NCBI GenBank assembly: GCA_965217585.1
Contig: OZ244561.1
Coordinates: forward strand, 3,872,001-3,936,000
Length of the DNA stretch: 64,000 nucleotides
Direction: 5' to 3'
Source of the DNA: Candidatus Latescibacterota bacterium
GTDB lineage: Bacteria > Latescibacterota > UBA2968 > UBA8231
Position numbers and translations under genes: made by a program. The notes below the pieces were generated by a model that had not been told where the DNA came from, did no database searches, and was given only the letters and a program-made list of their open reading frames with translations. This document shows, piece after piece, positions 56,301-64,000 of this stretch (position 1 is the stretch's first letter; every line of letters starts with the position of its first letter).

Positions 56301-56849
56301 GCCGCGCACTGTCGCGGTTTCCGCGATGCGGTTTAGCAATTCCGTCGCGTGCCCGCTGAGGCGGCGCTGCAGATCGCTTTGCTTTCTAGGTGCTCGTGCC
56401 TCCTCGACGGTTTCATTGGACTTTCCAAGGAGATAGTGAATCGGCGGTCTTGATCGGCTACGCGGCACTCTCGCATAGGTATCTCTGGAAAGCACCGACT
56501 CGGGCTGTCGCCCTCTGGTCTCGAAACGCCGCGCAAACTGGGGATCTATGGACGAGGTGAACACCGCACTCCAAGCGACATCAAAGATGAGAGCAACGGC
56601 ATCAGAGGGCACACTTCGTTCAAACCGCTCGGAAAGCCAATCCATGTCGACCGCACTCATGCCCTGCTTGAGCGCGGCGCACCATCCCGAATTGCAATCT
56701 GTGCATCCAGAGCGATCGAGGAGAGCACCAAGTATGGCATCATGGGCCGAGTCGAGACTCTGGCCTGCTAATAGCACCAGCGGCCGCTTCTCCTTATTCT
56801 GAAGTGCGTCGCTAAGTATTTCAATAGGATCAGTCGATGAGCTTAGCAT
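53355..56849 (-). CDS. STAND-like P-loop NTPase with degenerate SIR2-like N-terminus, helical/TPR region and OB-fold-like C-terminus
   Basis: LVLLAGQ, WSAVFTSSID, IHYLLG, LVVIAGYD..D (SIR2-like layout); Walker A LHGQSGTGKS; Walker B VLICD; C-terminal FRGRVEK..FGIAFNYIGPIA. Confidence 0.75.
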   Translation of the reverse strand: MLSSSTDPIEILSDALQNKEKRPLVLLAGQSLDSAHDAILGALLDRSGCTDCNSGWCAALKQGMSAVDMDWLSERFERSVPSDAVALIFDVAWSAVFTSSIDPQFARRFETRGRQPESVLSRDTYARVPRSRSRPPIHYLLGKSNETVEEARAPRKQSDLQRRLSGHATELLNRIAETATVRGLVVIAGYDSSKDWMPIDSLLAPLSGQFGPKVLWFGSSGKPDSIFADEMIEQGALIETTTTLASAISQLELRGVLDVSGSAAPDEPGMVSISGERALDITPALRLRVEASAAIVDDGWTEDPESLGESELDDAFRRFHGTLGNFRLLIEGVARGFAVEREFEQTLWKTVKNKLKRLGQADSDDVVILHGQSGTGKSIALARLTRKIRRELRLPVVVATNRIPNHADIEAFCLESERLGAMATVLICDSSQAPPRYDDVASALRSRGRHLLIVGTCYRMESRTARKSDRFVEAPDHVSPAELSAFKELQNEFRLQLHYSLPNTDSIFAMLYRSLPASRERLATGVSSEARATEGVVRDRARDVPQPSTGISPLAEQLIDLGIASPSSQIFEEDEKLAALGLDESGRLIDYVMVAGRLNCAVPVNLLFRVLGQTGGLHLDQITYLLADLDLFRWREDEEGSDFLISPRIQLEAELICRGRLTPGQEIERLLDLISCVRPGVDKSAERSFLLDLLFKIDRNGPRKEAYRSGYLRFADTLKELREHNRMSDPDLVLRECVFRRRAVFQLQSDCDTNRTDDERFAILDEARDTVEKTLHQIDDEKIPVSRKTKQSLVAERAAIYGYLAVERARVGTGEAFWSDYLAARVASEKAIGLGRDYYPIDIALWTGRDVLNSKKDELSDVQCAELLADLYATVDVADDIFRVKEQSTETSSYLHKDSDLDEDLVSIDQKTRYLESRSRAAYVMGDAKLSDETLAKLESVAPAAATFLIAKRRAEHVYMSEPPFDDKTRRIAAEAADYISNRVNTGIALDDRCQRLLLRLRWTQATGDRLMFNQHGRTPVDTGQILELRAIVSALNEQAGDDARNRERFLEAVLCWLLKDTNRAIELWRSLSHDTEYEDRSRVVRWLVAKDESGSTRQFRGRVEKRGETDWIRVEGIERPIRVLARDFPNDDFAHGRELRNFGIAFNYIGPIADPLSRLGRRR

Positions 56850-56965
56850 GGTCTATTATCATTCATTACGTAGTGGGTCTTGACGATGCGGAAAAACCGC
56901 ATCAGGCGAATACCCCATGCGCTCGAATATGGGGAAAATCTACCCTGCTCTTGTTAATAAGGTAC

Positions 56966-56995
56966 ACTCTGCGAAAACTCTGCGAAAACTCCGCG
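56966..56995 (+). repeat. 11-bp tandem direct repeat
   Basis: ACTCTGCGAAA x2 plus partial ACTCCGCG. Confidence 0.7.
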
Positions 56996-57033
56996 CTATC
57001 CGCGTTTTGCCGCAATTCCTATCTTAATTTTCT

Positions 57034-58032
57034 ATGCCCCAGCTCGCGCACCCATACCTATTGTTCCTCGGCGACGCCTCCGACCAGCTAGCCGCCAAAA
57101 CAGCCGTTGGCGTCGCCCACTGGCGGCCCGAACAGTGCATTGGTCAGCTCCGCCTTCCCGACTGCCACGCCGACCTCGGACTGCCCGACCAAACCCTCGC
57201 CGAAGCCCGCGCCGCCGGTGCCCGCACCCTCATCATCGGCGTCGCCAATCGCGGCGGCACCATCTCCGATCTTTGGCGCGAGACCTTCCTGCAGGCCATC
57301 GACCTCGGCTACGACCTCGCTAGTGGCCTGCACACGCGCCTTGGCACCATCCCCGGCTTGGCCGACCGCGCCCGCGCAAAGGGCAAACGCCTCGTGGATG
57401 CGCGCTTTCCCGACCGCGCTTTTCCCATTGCAACCGGCGTCAAACGCCCGGGCAAACGCCTGCTCACCGTCGGTACCGATTGCTCGGTCGGCAAGATGTT
57501 CACCGCGCTGGCCATTGAGCGCGAGATGCAGGCGCGAGGCATGGCCTGCACCTTCCGCGCCACTGGCCAAACCGGCATCTTCATCGCCGGGACGGGCGTT
57601 TCCGTTGACGCCGTGGTTTCCGACTTCCTCGCTGGGGCCGTCGAGGTCCTGATCCCGGCCAACCACCCCGAGCACTGGGACCTAATCGAAGGCCAAGGTT
57701 CGCTGTTCCACGCCTCCTATGCCGGCGTATCGCTGGGCCTCATGCACGGTGCCCAGCCCGACGCGCTCGTCCTCTGCCACGATCCCAATCGCCCTCATAT
57801 GCGCGGCCTACCCGAATACCGGCTGCCCGATCTGCTCGACTGCATTCGCCTCAACGAGCAGTGCGGCCGGCTCACCAACCCGGCCTGCCGCACCGTTGGC
57901 ATTGCGGTCAACACTTCGCACCTGCCGGAAAACCGCGCCTCCGAACTGCTCAGTACTATAGAACGCCAAGCCGGCCTGCCCGCAGTCGATCCTCTGCGCC
58001 AAGGAGCCGCGCGCTTGGTCGATGCCCTGTGA
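57034..58032 (+). CDS. dgcN: DUF1611 family D-glutamate N-acetyltransferase
   Basis: PYLLFLGD..AAKTA, LTVGTDCSVGKM, FRATGQTG, DAVVSDF, IEGQGSLFH, HGAQPD. Confidence 0.9.
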   Translation: MPQLAHPYLLFLGDASDQLAAKTAVGVAHWRPEQCIGQLRLPDCHADLGLPDQTLAEARAAGARTLIIGVANRGGTISDLWRETFLQAIDLGYDLASGLHTRLGTIPGLADRARAKGKRLVDARFPDRAFPIATGVKRPGKRLLTVGTDCSVGKMFTALAIEREMQARGMACTFRATGQTGIFIAGTGVSVDAVVSDFLAGAVEVLIPANHPEHWDLIEGQGSLFHASYAGVSLGLMHGAQPDALVLCHDPNRPHMRGLPEYRLPDLLDCIRLNEQCGRLTNPACRTVGIAVNTSHLPENRASELLSTIERQAGLPAVDPLRQGAARLVDAL

Positions 58033-59009
58033 CTGGATTCTCCATTCGCGGTAAGAGCTTTCCACTCGCCCAGACCTTCACCATTTCGCGCGGTGCCAAG
58101 ACCACCGCCGACGTCGTTGTCGTCGAACTGAGCCGCGATGGCTGTATTGGCCGCGGCGAGTGCGTCCCTTATCCCCGCTACAACGAAAGCATGGCCGGGA
58201 CCATAGGCGCGCTAGAATCGCTGCGCCCACAGGTCGAAGCCGACCTCGACCGGGCGGCATTGCAACGCGCTCTGCCGCCCGGCGCCGCCCGCAACGCCTT
58301 GGACTGCGCCCTCTGGGATCTGGAAGCCAAACTCAGCGACCGCCCGGTCTATGAGCTGGCCGGCCTAGCGGCACCGCGCCCAGTGGCGACGGCCTACACC
58401 CTCTCGCTCGACGACCCAGAGGCCATGGGTCGGGCCGCTGCCCTGCACGCCGACCGCCCTCTGCTCAAGATTAAACTCGCCGGGCGCGACGACCTCGACC
58501 GCGTCGCCGCGATCCGCGCCAACGCCCCAGACTCGACCCTGATCGTCGATGCCAACGAAGGCTGGTCTCCCGCCCAAGTCGAACCGCTCTCAGTCGCATT
58601 GGCTCGCTTGGGCGTCGCACTCATCGAACAGCCTTTACCCGCCACCCAAGACGCCTTGCTCGCCGAACTCGAACACCCGGTCCCCTTCTGCGCCGACGAA
58701 TCCTGCCACACTGCCGCCGATCTCGCGGAACTGGCCTCCCGCTACGAATGCGTCAACCTCAAGCTCGACAAGACCGGCGGCTTCAGCGAGGGCCTGCGCT
58801 TGGCAGCCGAGGCGCGCACGTGCGGATTGGACTTGATGGTCGGCTGCATGATCGCCACCTCGCTGGCCATGGCACCGGCTGTCCTGCTGGCGCAACAAGC
58901 CCGCTTCGTCGATCTCGACGGTCCCTTGCTCCTGCAAAAAGATCGGGAGCACGGGCTGCGCTACGAAGGCAGCCTCCTCCATCCGCCCCACTCTCAACTC
59001 TGGGGATAG
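58029..59009 (+). CDS. dgcA: N-acetyl-D-Glu racemase / L-Ala-D/L-Glu epimerase (enolase superfamily)
   Basis: FTISRG, GECVPYPRY, ARNALDCALWD, KIKL, VDANEGW, IEQP, ADES, KLDKTGG, DLDGP; GTG start overlaps dgcN stop. Confidence 0.92.
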   Translation: MTGFSIRGKSFPLAQTFTISRGAKTTADVVVVELSRDGCIGRGECVPYPRYNESMAGTIGALESLRPQVEADLDRAALQRALPPGAARNALDCALWDLEAKLSDRPVYELAGLAAPRPVATAYTLSLDDPEAMGRAAALHADRPLLKIKLAGRDDLDRVAAIRANAPDSTLIVDANEGWSPAQVEPLSVALARLGVALIEQPLPATQDALLAELEHPVPFCADESCHTAADLAELASRYECVNLKLDKTGGFSEGLRLAAEARTCGLDLMVGCMIATSLAMAPAVLLAQQARFVDLDGPLLLQKDREHGLRYEGSLLHPPHSQLWG

Positions 59010-59016
59010 GCGACTC

Positions 59017-59056
59017 GCGCGTCAGCAAACCCTGCAGGGGTTGTTTGCTGGACGCA
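59017..59056. terminator. Intergenic stem-loop after dgcA
   Basis: gcgtcagcaaac...gtttgctggacgc inverted repeat; no clear U-tract. Confidence 0.4.
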
Positions 59057-59105
59057 GGTAGCGATTGAGTGTATTCTTCCAAAACGAACCGCAGATTTCA
59101 ATCTA

Positions 59106-60074
59106 ATGAGCAACGCATTCCTATTATTTGCCCAAGGACTGGACGAGGCCGCGCTGCAACGCGCCGTACCGCCGTCCATCCGGCCAAAGCAGATCGAGTC
59201 GTTGGCATGGCACGGCGACGCGCGCTCGGTAGGCTTGTCACCTGCAGTGCTAGAAGGCGCGCTAGAAATCCTGCCGTGCCTCTCGGTCGTCCACGACGGC
59301 GCGTGGGGCTATCAGTTCGCAATGGAATGCGAAACCAAAACTGGCAATAGCAGCCGAGCTGTCCTCGACCCGGTCGGCTCGTTTATCGGGGCTGAAGCGG
59401 GCGCGACAAACGAGGCGGTGGAAGCGGATATCGACCTCCTGCGCATCCGCACCCCCTTGCAAGCGGCCACCCTACACCTGCGCGTCCAAGGCATCGCTCC
59501 CGAGGCCCCGGCCTTGCTCTCGGTCTCGGTGCGCCGCAAGGGCGCCGTGCCCGCTCCGACCCTCGCCAGCCGAGATACGGCTCTCGCGGTGCCGCCGCAA
59601 AGCCAGATGACTCTGCGGCCCGAGCTAGCTTCCCGCGTCTGCTCGCCGACCAGCGTCGCCATGCTCCTCGCCTATTACGGCCATAGCGCGGACATCTACG
59701 ACGTGATCTCAGAAGCGCGCCACCAGCCCAGCGGACTATACGGCGTGTGGCCGGCCAATATCCATGCCGCTGCTCGCCGGGGCCTCTTGGGCTATCTATT
59801 GCACTTTCCCTCTTGGGAGGCAGTGCGCACGCTGCTCGACGCGGGCTTTCCCATTATTGCCTCCGTGCGCTACGAGGTGGGCGAGTTGAGCCGGGCGGCC
59901 ATTGAGCGGACGGCTGGGCATTTGCTGGTCGTGCGGGGTTGCGCCGGGGATACCGTGCTGGTCAACGACCCGGCCGCGGCCACCGAGGTCGCACGGGCGT
60001 ACGACCTAGCGGAATTCTGCAAAATCTGGTTGGAGCGCAGCGCCGTGGGCTACGTGCTCTTTCCGCCGTTGTAA
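59106..60074 (+). CDS. C39-like cysteine peptidase
   Basis: VPPQSQ, CSPTS, GHLLVVRG, VNDPA catalytic Q/C/H/D. Confidence 0.85.
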   Translation: MSNAFLLFAQGLDEAALQRAVPPSIRPKQIESLAWHGDARSVGLSPAVLEGALEILPCLSVVHDGAWGYQFAMECETKTGNSSRAVLDPVGSFIGAEAGATNEAVEADIDLLRIRTPLQAATLHLRVQGIAPEAPALLSVSVRRKGAVPAPTLASRDTALAVPPQSQMTLRPELASRVCSPTSVAMLLAYYGHSADIYDVISEARHQPSGLYGVWPANIHAAARRGLLGYLLHFPSWEAVRTLLDAGFPIIASVRYEVGELSRAAIERTAGHLLVVRGCAGDTVLVNDPAAATEVARAYDLAEFCKIWLERSAVGYVLFPPL

Positions 60075-60081
60075 ATGTATT

Positions 60082-60939
60082 ATGGACAAAGCGAACTTCA
60101 CTAGCATCGTCTTCGGCGAGATCCTCTACGACTGCTTCCCCGACCGCACCTGCTTGGGGGGTGCCTCCCTAAACTTCGCTTGGAACCTGCGCCAACTCGG
60201 CTTTCCCGTGGCCATGGTCAGCGCCGTGGGGCGGGACGAACTGGGACAGCAGGCGCGGGGCTTTCTCCGGCTCGCTGATATCGATCAGCAATGGGTCGCC
60301 GATCGGCCCGAGCCTACGGGCACGGTCGATGTATTGCTCGCGGATGGCCAGCCTTCCTACACCATCCGCGCCGGCGTGGCTTGGGACTATATCGAAACTA
60401 AGCCGACGTTGGACCGGCCCCCCGACTTGATCTACTATGGTACTGCCGCGCAGCGCAGCCCGGCCAATCGTCCGGGGCTAGAACACTTGCTGGCAGCCAA
60501 TCCCCGGCATCGGTTTTTCGATGTCAACCTGCGCGAGGAGTGCTATACGCCGCAAACCGTGCGCTTTGGCCTCGAAGCGGCGACCATTGTCAAACTCAAC
60601 GGCGAAGAATGGGAGGCCGTGCAGGACATCGCCGCGGTCGCCGCGCCTGCCGATTTGCTCGCCCGCTACGCGCTGGATAGCCTAGCGATTACTTTCGGTG
60701 GCGACGGCGCTCAACTCCATATTCCGGGGGCCTCATTCGCCGCACGGCCCGCGCCCGTGTCCGTCGTTGATGCGGTCGGGGCTGGCGACGCCTTCAGCGG
60801 GGTCCTGGCCGCCAGCGCCCTGCTCGGCACCGATTCGCAACAGGCCCTAGACTTAGCTTGCGCCGCCGGTGCCAGCGCAGTGCAGCACCGAGGGGCCCAT
60901 TGCCCGCTGCCCGAAGCCGTGAAGGCGGCGTTTGCTTAA
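60082..60939 (+). CDS. PfkB-family carbohydrate kinase (fructokinase-like)
   Basis: FGEILYD, GGASLNFA, DVNLR, KLNGEE, VDAVGAGDAF. Confidence 0.92.
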   Translation: MDKANFTSIVFGEILYDCFPDRTCLGGASLNFAWNLRQLGFPVAMVSAVGRDELGQQARGFLRLADIDQQWVADRPEPTGTVDVLLADGQPSYTIRAGVAWDYIETKPTLDRPPDLIYYGTAAQRSPANRPGLEHLLAANPRHRFFDVNLREECYTPQTVRFGLEAATIVKLNGEEWEAVQDIAAVAAPADLLARYALDSLAITFGGDGAQLHIPGASFAARPAPVSVVDAVGAGDAFSGVLAASALLGTDSQQALDLACAAGASAVQHRGAHCPLPEAVKAAFA

Positions 60940-60965
60940 CCCTTATCAGCGAAAGGCTTTTCTCC

Positions 60966-61907
60966 ATGCAGACCCCTATCCCCCTGTGCGACCCCCACTT
61001 CCACCTCTGGGATCTAGCCGAGCGGGCCAACCCCAACCTCGGTCCCGTCATGCCGGCGTACCGAGCCGCCGATTACTCCCAAGACATGAACGAGCTGCCC
61101 CCTCAATTGCGGCGGGTCAGCGGAGTCCACGTCGAAACCGTCGTCGGCCAAGTCGCTGGCGGCGTTCCCGTCGATACCGTAGAAGAAACCCGCTGGGTGC
61201 GCGACCAACTCGAACCAACCAAACAGCCCTTTAGCATCGTCGCGTACGTGCATCTGGAGCGCGACATCGCCGCGGCCGAGCGCACCATTGAACAGCACCT
61301 AGAAGCTGCTGGAGACCGTCTGCGCGGCGTGCGCATGATCCTCAATCACCATCCCGACAATCCCGATCTGACTTGGCCGCAGGTAGAGGACGGCGTGTTG
61401 CAGAGCGACCGCTTCCGCACCGGCTTGGCCCTCCTAGAACGCCACAACCTCGCCTTCGACCTCTCCTGCAACCCCCATCAAGTGGCCGATGCGGTCGCGG
61501 TTTTCCGCGATTTCCCCGGCCTCCGCGTCGTCGTCAACCACCTCGGCTTCCTCCACGACGGCGAGGACCAAGCGCACGAGGACCTCTGGCGCGAAGGCAT
61601 GGCCTCTTTGGCCGCATTGCCCAATGTCTATATGAAGCTGTCTATGGCGTGGTTTGCACGGGACGCCTTCCACGAGGATGCGGCCAAAGAAGCCAAAATC
61701 GCCGCGGTCGTCCAAGAGCTGATCGAACGCTTTGGCTGTAGCCGCTGCATGTTTGCCAGCAACTATCCCGTCGATAAACTGCGGGGCATTAGCATCGGCT
61801 ATCTCTACGCCAAGTTCCTCGAGTGGAGTGCCGGCTTTTCGGACGACGAGCGCCGGGCGCTTTTCCACGACACGGCTCTCAGCGCCTATGGGCCGCTTTC
61901 GCAATAG
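60966..61907 (+). CDS. Amidohydrolase_2 family (sugar-lactonase-like)
   Basis: DPHFHLWD, VHVE, LRGVR, FDL, VVNHLG, PNVYMKLS, RCMFASNYPVD. Confidence 0.88.
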   Translation: MQTPIPLCDPHFHLWDLAERANPNLGPVMPAYRAADYSQDMNELPPQLRRVSGVHVETVVGQVAGGVPVDTVEETRWVRDQLEPTKQPFSIVAYVHLERDIAAAERTIEQHLEAAGDRLRGVRMILNHHPDNPDLTWPQVEDGVLQSDRFRTGLALLERHNLAFDLSCNPHQVADAVAVFRDFPGLRVVVNHLGFLHDGEDQAHEDLWREGMASLAALPNVYMKLSMAWFARDAFHEDAAKEAKIAAVVQELIERFGCSRCMFASNYPVDKLRGISIGYLYAKFLEWSAGFSDDERRALFHDTALSAYGPLSQ

Positions 61908-61909
61908 CC

Positions 61910-62407
61910 ATGAGTGCAGAAAAATTCGACTATACCCAATGGTGTGACAGTACGGGCACGCCGCTGACGAAAATGCCCGACCGGCTCGGCGTGGCGGCCA
62001 ATGGCTTTATCCGCGACAAGACCGGCAAAATCCTGCTGCAACAGCGCGCGGACAACGGCTTTTGGGGCATGCCCGGCGGCCAAGTCGAACTCGGCGAATC
62101 CGTCGAGCAGAGCGCGGTGCGCGAAGTCTATGAGGAAACGGGCTTAGAGGTGGACATCGAGCGGCTGATTGGGATTTACTCCGGGCCGGAGAGCTACCCG
62201 TTTATGCGCTATCCCAACGGCACCGTCGTCCACTACGTCACCCACGTCTTTATCTGCGACCCCGTGACCAGCGCCTTGCGGATCTCCTCAGAGAGCACGG
62301 ACATCGGCTATTTTGCCGCCGATGCCCTGCCCGCACAGACCTTGCTCTCGCACCGCATCCGCATCGAGGACGCGCTGACCGGCCTAGTGTACCCATTTAT
62401 TCGCTGA
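61910..62407 (+). CDS. NUDIX hydrolase
   Basis: Nudix box [25 protein letters not shown]. Confidence 0.92.
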   Translation: MSAEKFDYTQWCDSTGTPLTKMPDRLGVAANGFIRDKTGKILLQQRADNGFWGMPGGQVELGESVEQSAVREVYEETGLEVDIERLIGIYSGPESYPFMRYPNGTVVHYVTHVFICDPVTSALRISSESTDIGYFAADALPAQTLLSHRIRIEDALTGLVYPFIR

Positions 62408-62490
62408 ACTATGTTGACCTCACCTCGCCTAACAGCAAATATTTCTTTTTTCTAAGTCCCAACATTCAACTCACCAAGAAGAGGAACGAC

Positions 62491-63468
62491 ATGATCAAGA
62501 TTGCCGAAGTCCTGCCCGATCATCCCACGCCGCTGTGGCGGATGGTCAAGCAATGCGGCGTTGACCACGTGGTCGGCGGCTTCTCCACATCCGGCAACCC
62601 CGCCGACATCCGCCCCGAGCAACGACCTTGGAGCTTCACCAACCTCGTGCGGATGAAGACCGCGTTTAACGACGGCGGCTTCTCCCTCGACGTCATTGAG
62701 GCCCGCCCGCCGCTCAACAAGGCCAAGCTCGGCCTGTCGGACCGCGACGAGGAGATCGAATACGCCTGCGAGCTGATTCGCAACATGGGCAGGGTCGGCA
62801 TTCCGGTCTGGTGCCCCGAGTGGATGCCCGTGATCAACTGGACTCGCACCTCAATGGCTGCGCCTGGGCGCGGCGGTGCCATGGTCACCGGCTTTGACAA
62901 CGAGCTAATGAAGAATGCGCCTCTGACCGACGCCGGCGTCGTCACCGAAGAGCAGCTTTGGGATAACCTGAAGTACTTCCTCGAAAAGGTCGTGCCGGTC
63001 GCCGAGGAAGCCGACGTCAAACTCGCCATGCACCCCGACGACCCGCCGCTGTCGCCCCTCCGAGGCATGGGGAGGATCATGCGCAGCGTCGAAAACTATC
63101 AGAAGCTCATCGACCTAGTGCCCAGCCCGGCCAATGGCATCTGCCTGTGCCAAGGCAACTTCACCCTGATGACCGACGATTTGCCCGAGGTCATCCGCCA
63201 CTTTGGCAACCGCATCTACTTCGTCCACTTCCGCGACGTGCGCGGCACGCCTGAAAAATTCGTCGAGACCTTCCACGACGAAGGCAAGACCGACATGCGC
63301 GCCTGCATGGAAGCCTACCGCGACATTGGTTTTGAAGGCGTCCTGCGCCCCGACCACGTGCCAACGATGGAGGGCGACCGAAACGACCAGCCGGGCTACT
63401 CGTCGATCGGGCGCTTGTTTGCCATCGGCTATATCAAAGGGCTGCGCGAGGCCGTGTACGCGAATTAA
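62491..63468 (+). CDS. uxuA: Mannonate dehydratase
   Basis: [62 protein letters not shown]. Confidence 0.92.
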   Translation: MIKIAEVLPDHPTPLWRMVKQCGVDHVVGGFSTSGNPADIRPEQRPWSFTNLVRMKTAFNDGGFSLDVIEARPPLNKAKLGLSDRDEEIEYACELIRNMGRVGIPVWCPEWMPVINWTRTSMAAPGRGGAMVTGFDNELMKNAPLTDAGVVTEEQLWDNLKYFLEKVVPVAEEADVKLAMHPDDPPLSPLRGMGRIMRSVENYQKLIDLVPSPANGICLCQGNFTLMTDDLPEVIRHFGNRIYFVHFRDVRGTPEKFVETFHDEGKTDMRACMEAYRDIGFEGVLRPDHVPTMEGDRNDQPGYSSIGRLFAIGYIKGLREAVYAN

Positions 63469-63499
63469 AGCCTGCTGCTGGATCAGCGCGTTCAATGCG

Positions 63500-64000
63500 A
63501 TGTGTGATCGTTTAGCGGAAAAAATCCACCCGTACTTGTCGATACTGGGAGCGCTCCTGCTCGCCGTCCAAGCCCTCGGAGCCGAGGAACTGCGCCTTGG
63601 CGGGCCGAACGGCTGGAGTGAGTGGAAGCTGCCCGGTGATGCGGTCTATATCGCCGACGGCGTGCTCAAGCCCGCGTTCGTGCGCCAGAATATCGACGCG
63701 GTGCAAAACGCCGCGGCCTTTGACGGCGGCATCCGCGCTGCGGGCACGGCTCTGGATCTTGCGGCCCGGCTGATAGATGGAAATGTGGAGACGGCCTGGG
63801 CACCCTCCGCAAAGGCCCCGCTGGAGGACTGGTGGATAGAGGTTGACCTAGGCCGGGTGGTCTCGGCGCGTACCATACGCCTACATTATACTGGGGTCGC
63901 AAGGAAGGGCGCGGGAAGACGCCCGTGGGGCGCTTCATCCTCGACTTAGGCGTGCTCTTTTGGATGGACCGAGTGCGGTTGTTGGGGGATTTCACCGGGT
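63500..64000 (+). pseudogene. Fourth paralogue of the secreted discoidin/FlgD family, disrupted by internal deletion plus frameshift (runs off the window)
   Basis: Signal peptide, WSEW, IDGNVETAW, WWIEVDLG, IRLHY; homology resumes in another frame from ~63889 (YWGR..GRFILDLGVLFWMDRVRLLG); first frame stops at 63949. Confidence 0.65.

Noticed and set aside
55700-56849. Calling the large NTPase an active SIR2 NADase system (Avs5/Dsr/Thoeris)
   Set aside because: The catalytic Asn and His positions appear substituted, so the specific assignment is unsupported
49167-57033. IS, transposon or prophage as carrier of the accessory region
   Set aside because: No transposase, integrase, phage genes or matching terminal repeats were found

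Overview
GC-rich, gene-dense bacterial chromosomal window. The organism is probably FCB-superphylum, most like Candidatus Latescibacterota and possibly a sponge symbiont; this is inferred from the Bacteroidetes/Chlorobi-type SecA insertion, PorV/PorQ-like barrels, many FlgD/T9SS-like sorting domains, PhyH paralogues and a YWTD-propeller protein. Housekeeping genes are secA, purC, tgt, yajC, fmt, tRNA-Ala(GGC), mfd, SurA/PrsA-like PPIases, nrnA, argF, moaC, icd, lipB and a CIRCE-controlled groEL. Catabolic genes include rhaB, dgcN-dgcA, a PfkB kinase, an amidohydrolase and uxuA. An expanded family of large secreted proteins ends in a conserved FTPNGDG...WDG...Y C-terminal domain. An accessory region at about 49.2-57 kb holds a deleted porin pseudogene, a Phd-RelE toxin-antitoxin pair with two 12-bp-periodic GTAC arrays, a PhyH enzyme with an HxG (halogenase-like) motif, and the best novelty candidate: a compositionally foreign, coupled two-gene module encoding a degenerate-SIR2/STAND-NTPase/helical/OB-fold protein and a partner with a HEPN-like RxxxxH motif, probably an anti-phage system. 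All calls come from motif recognition by eye; no searches were run.
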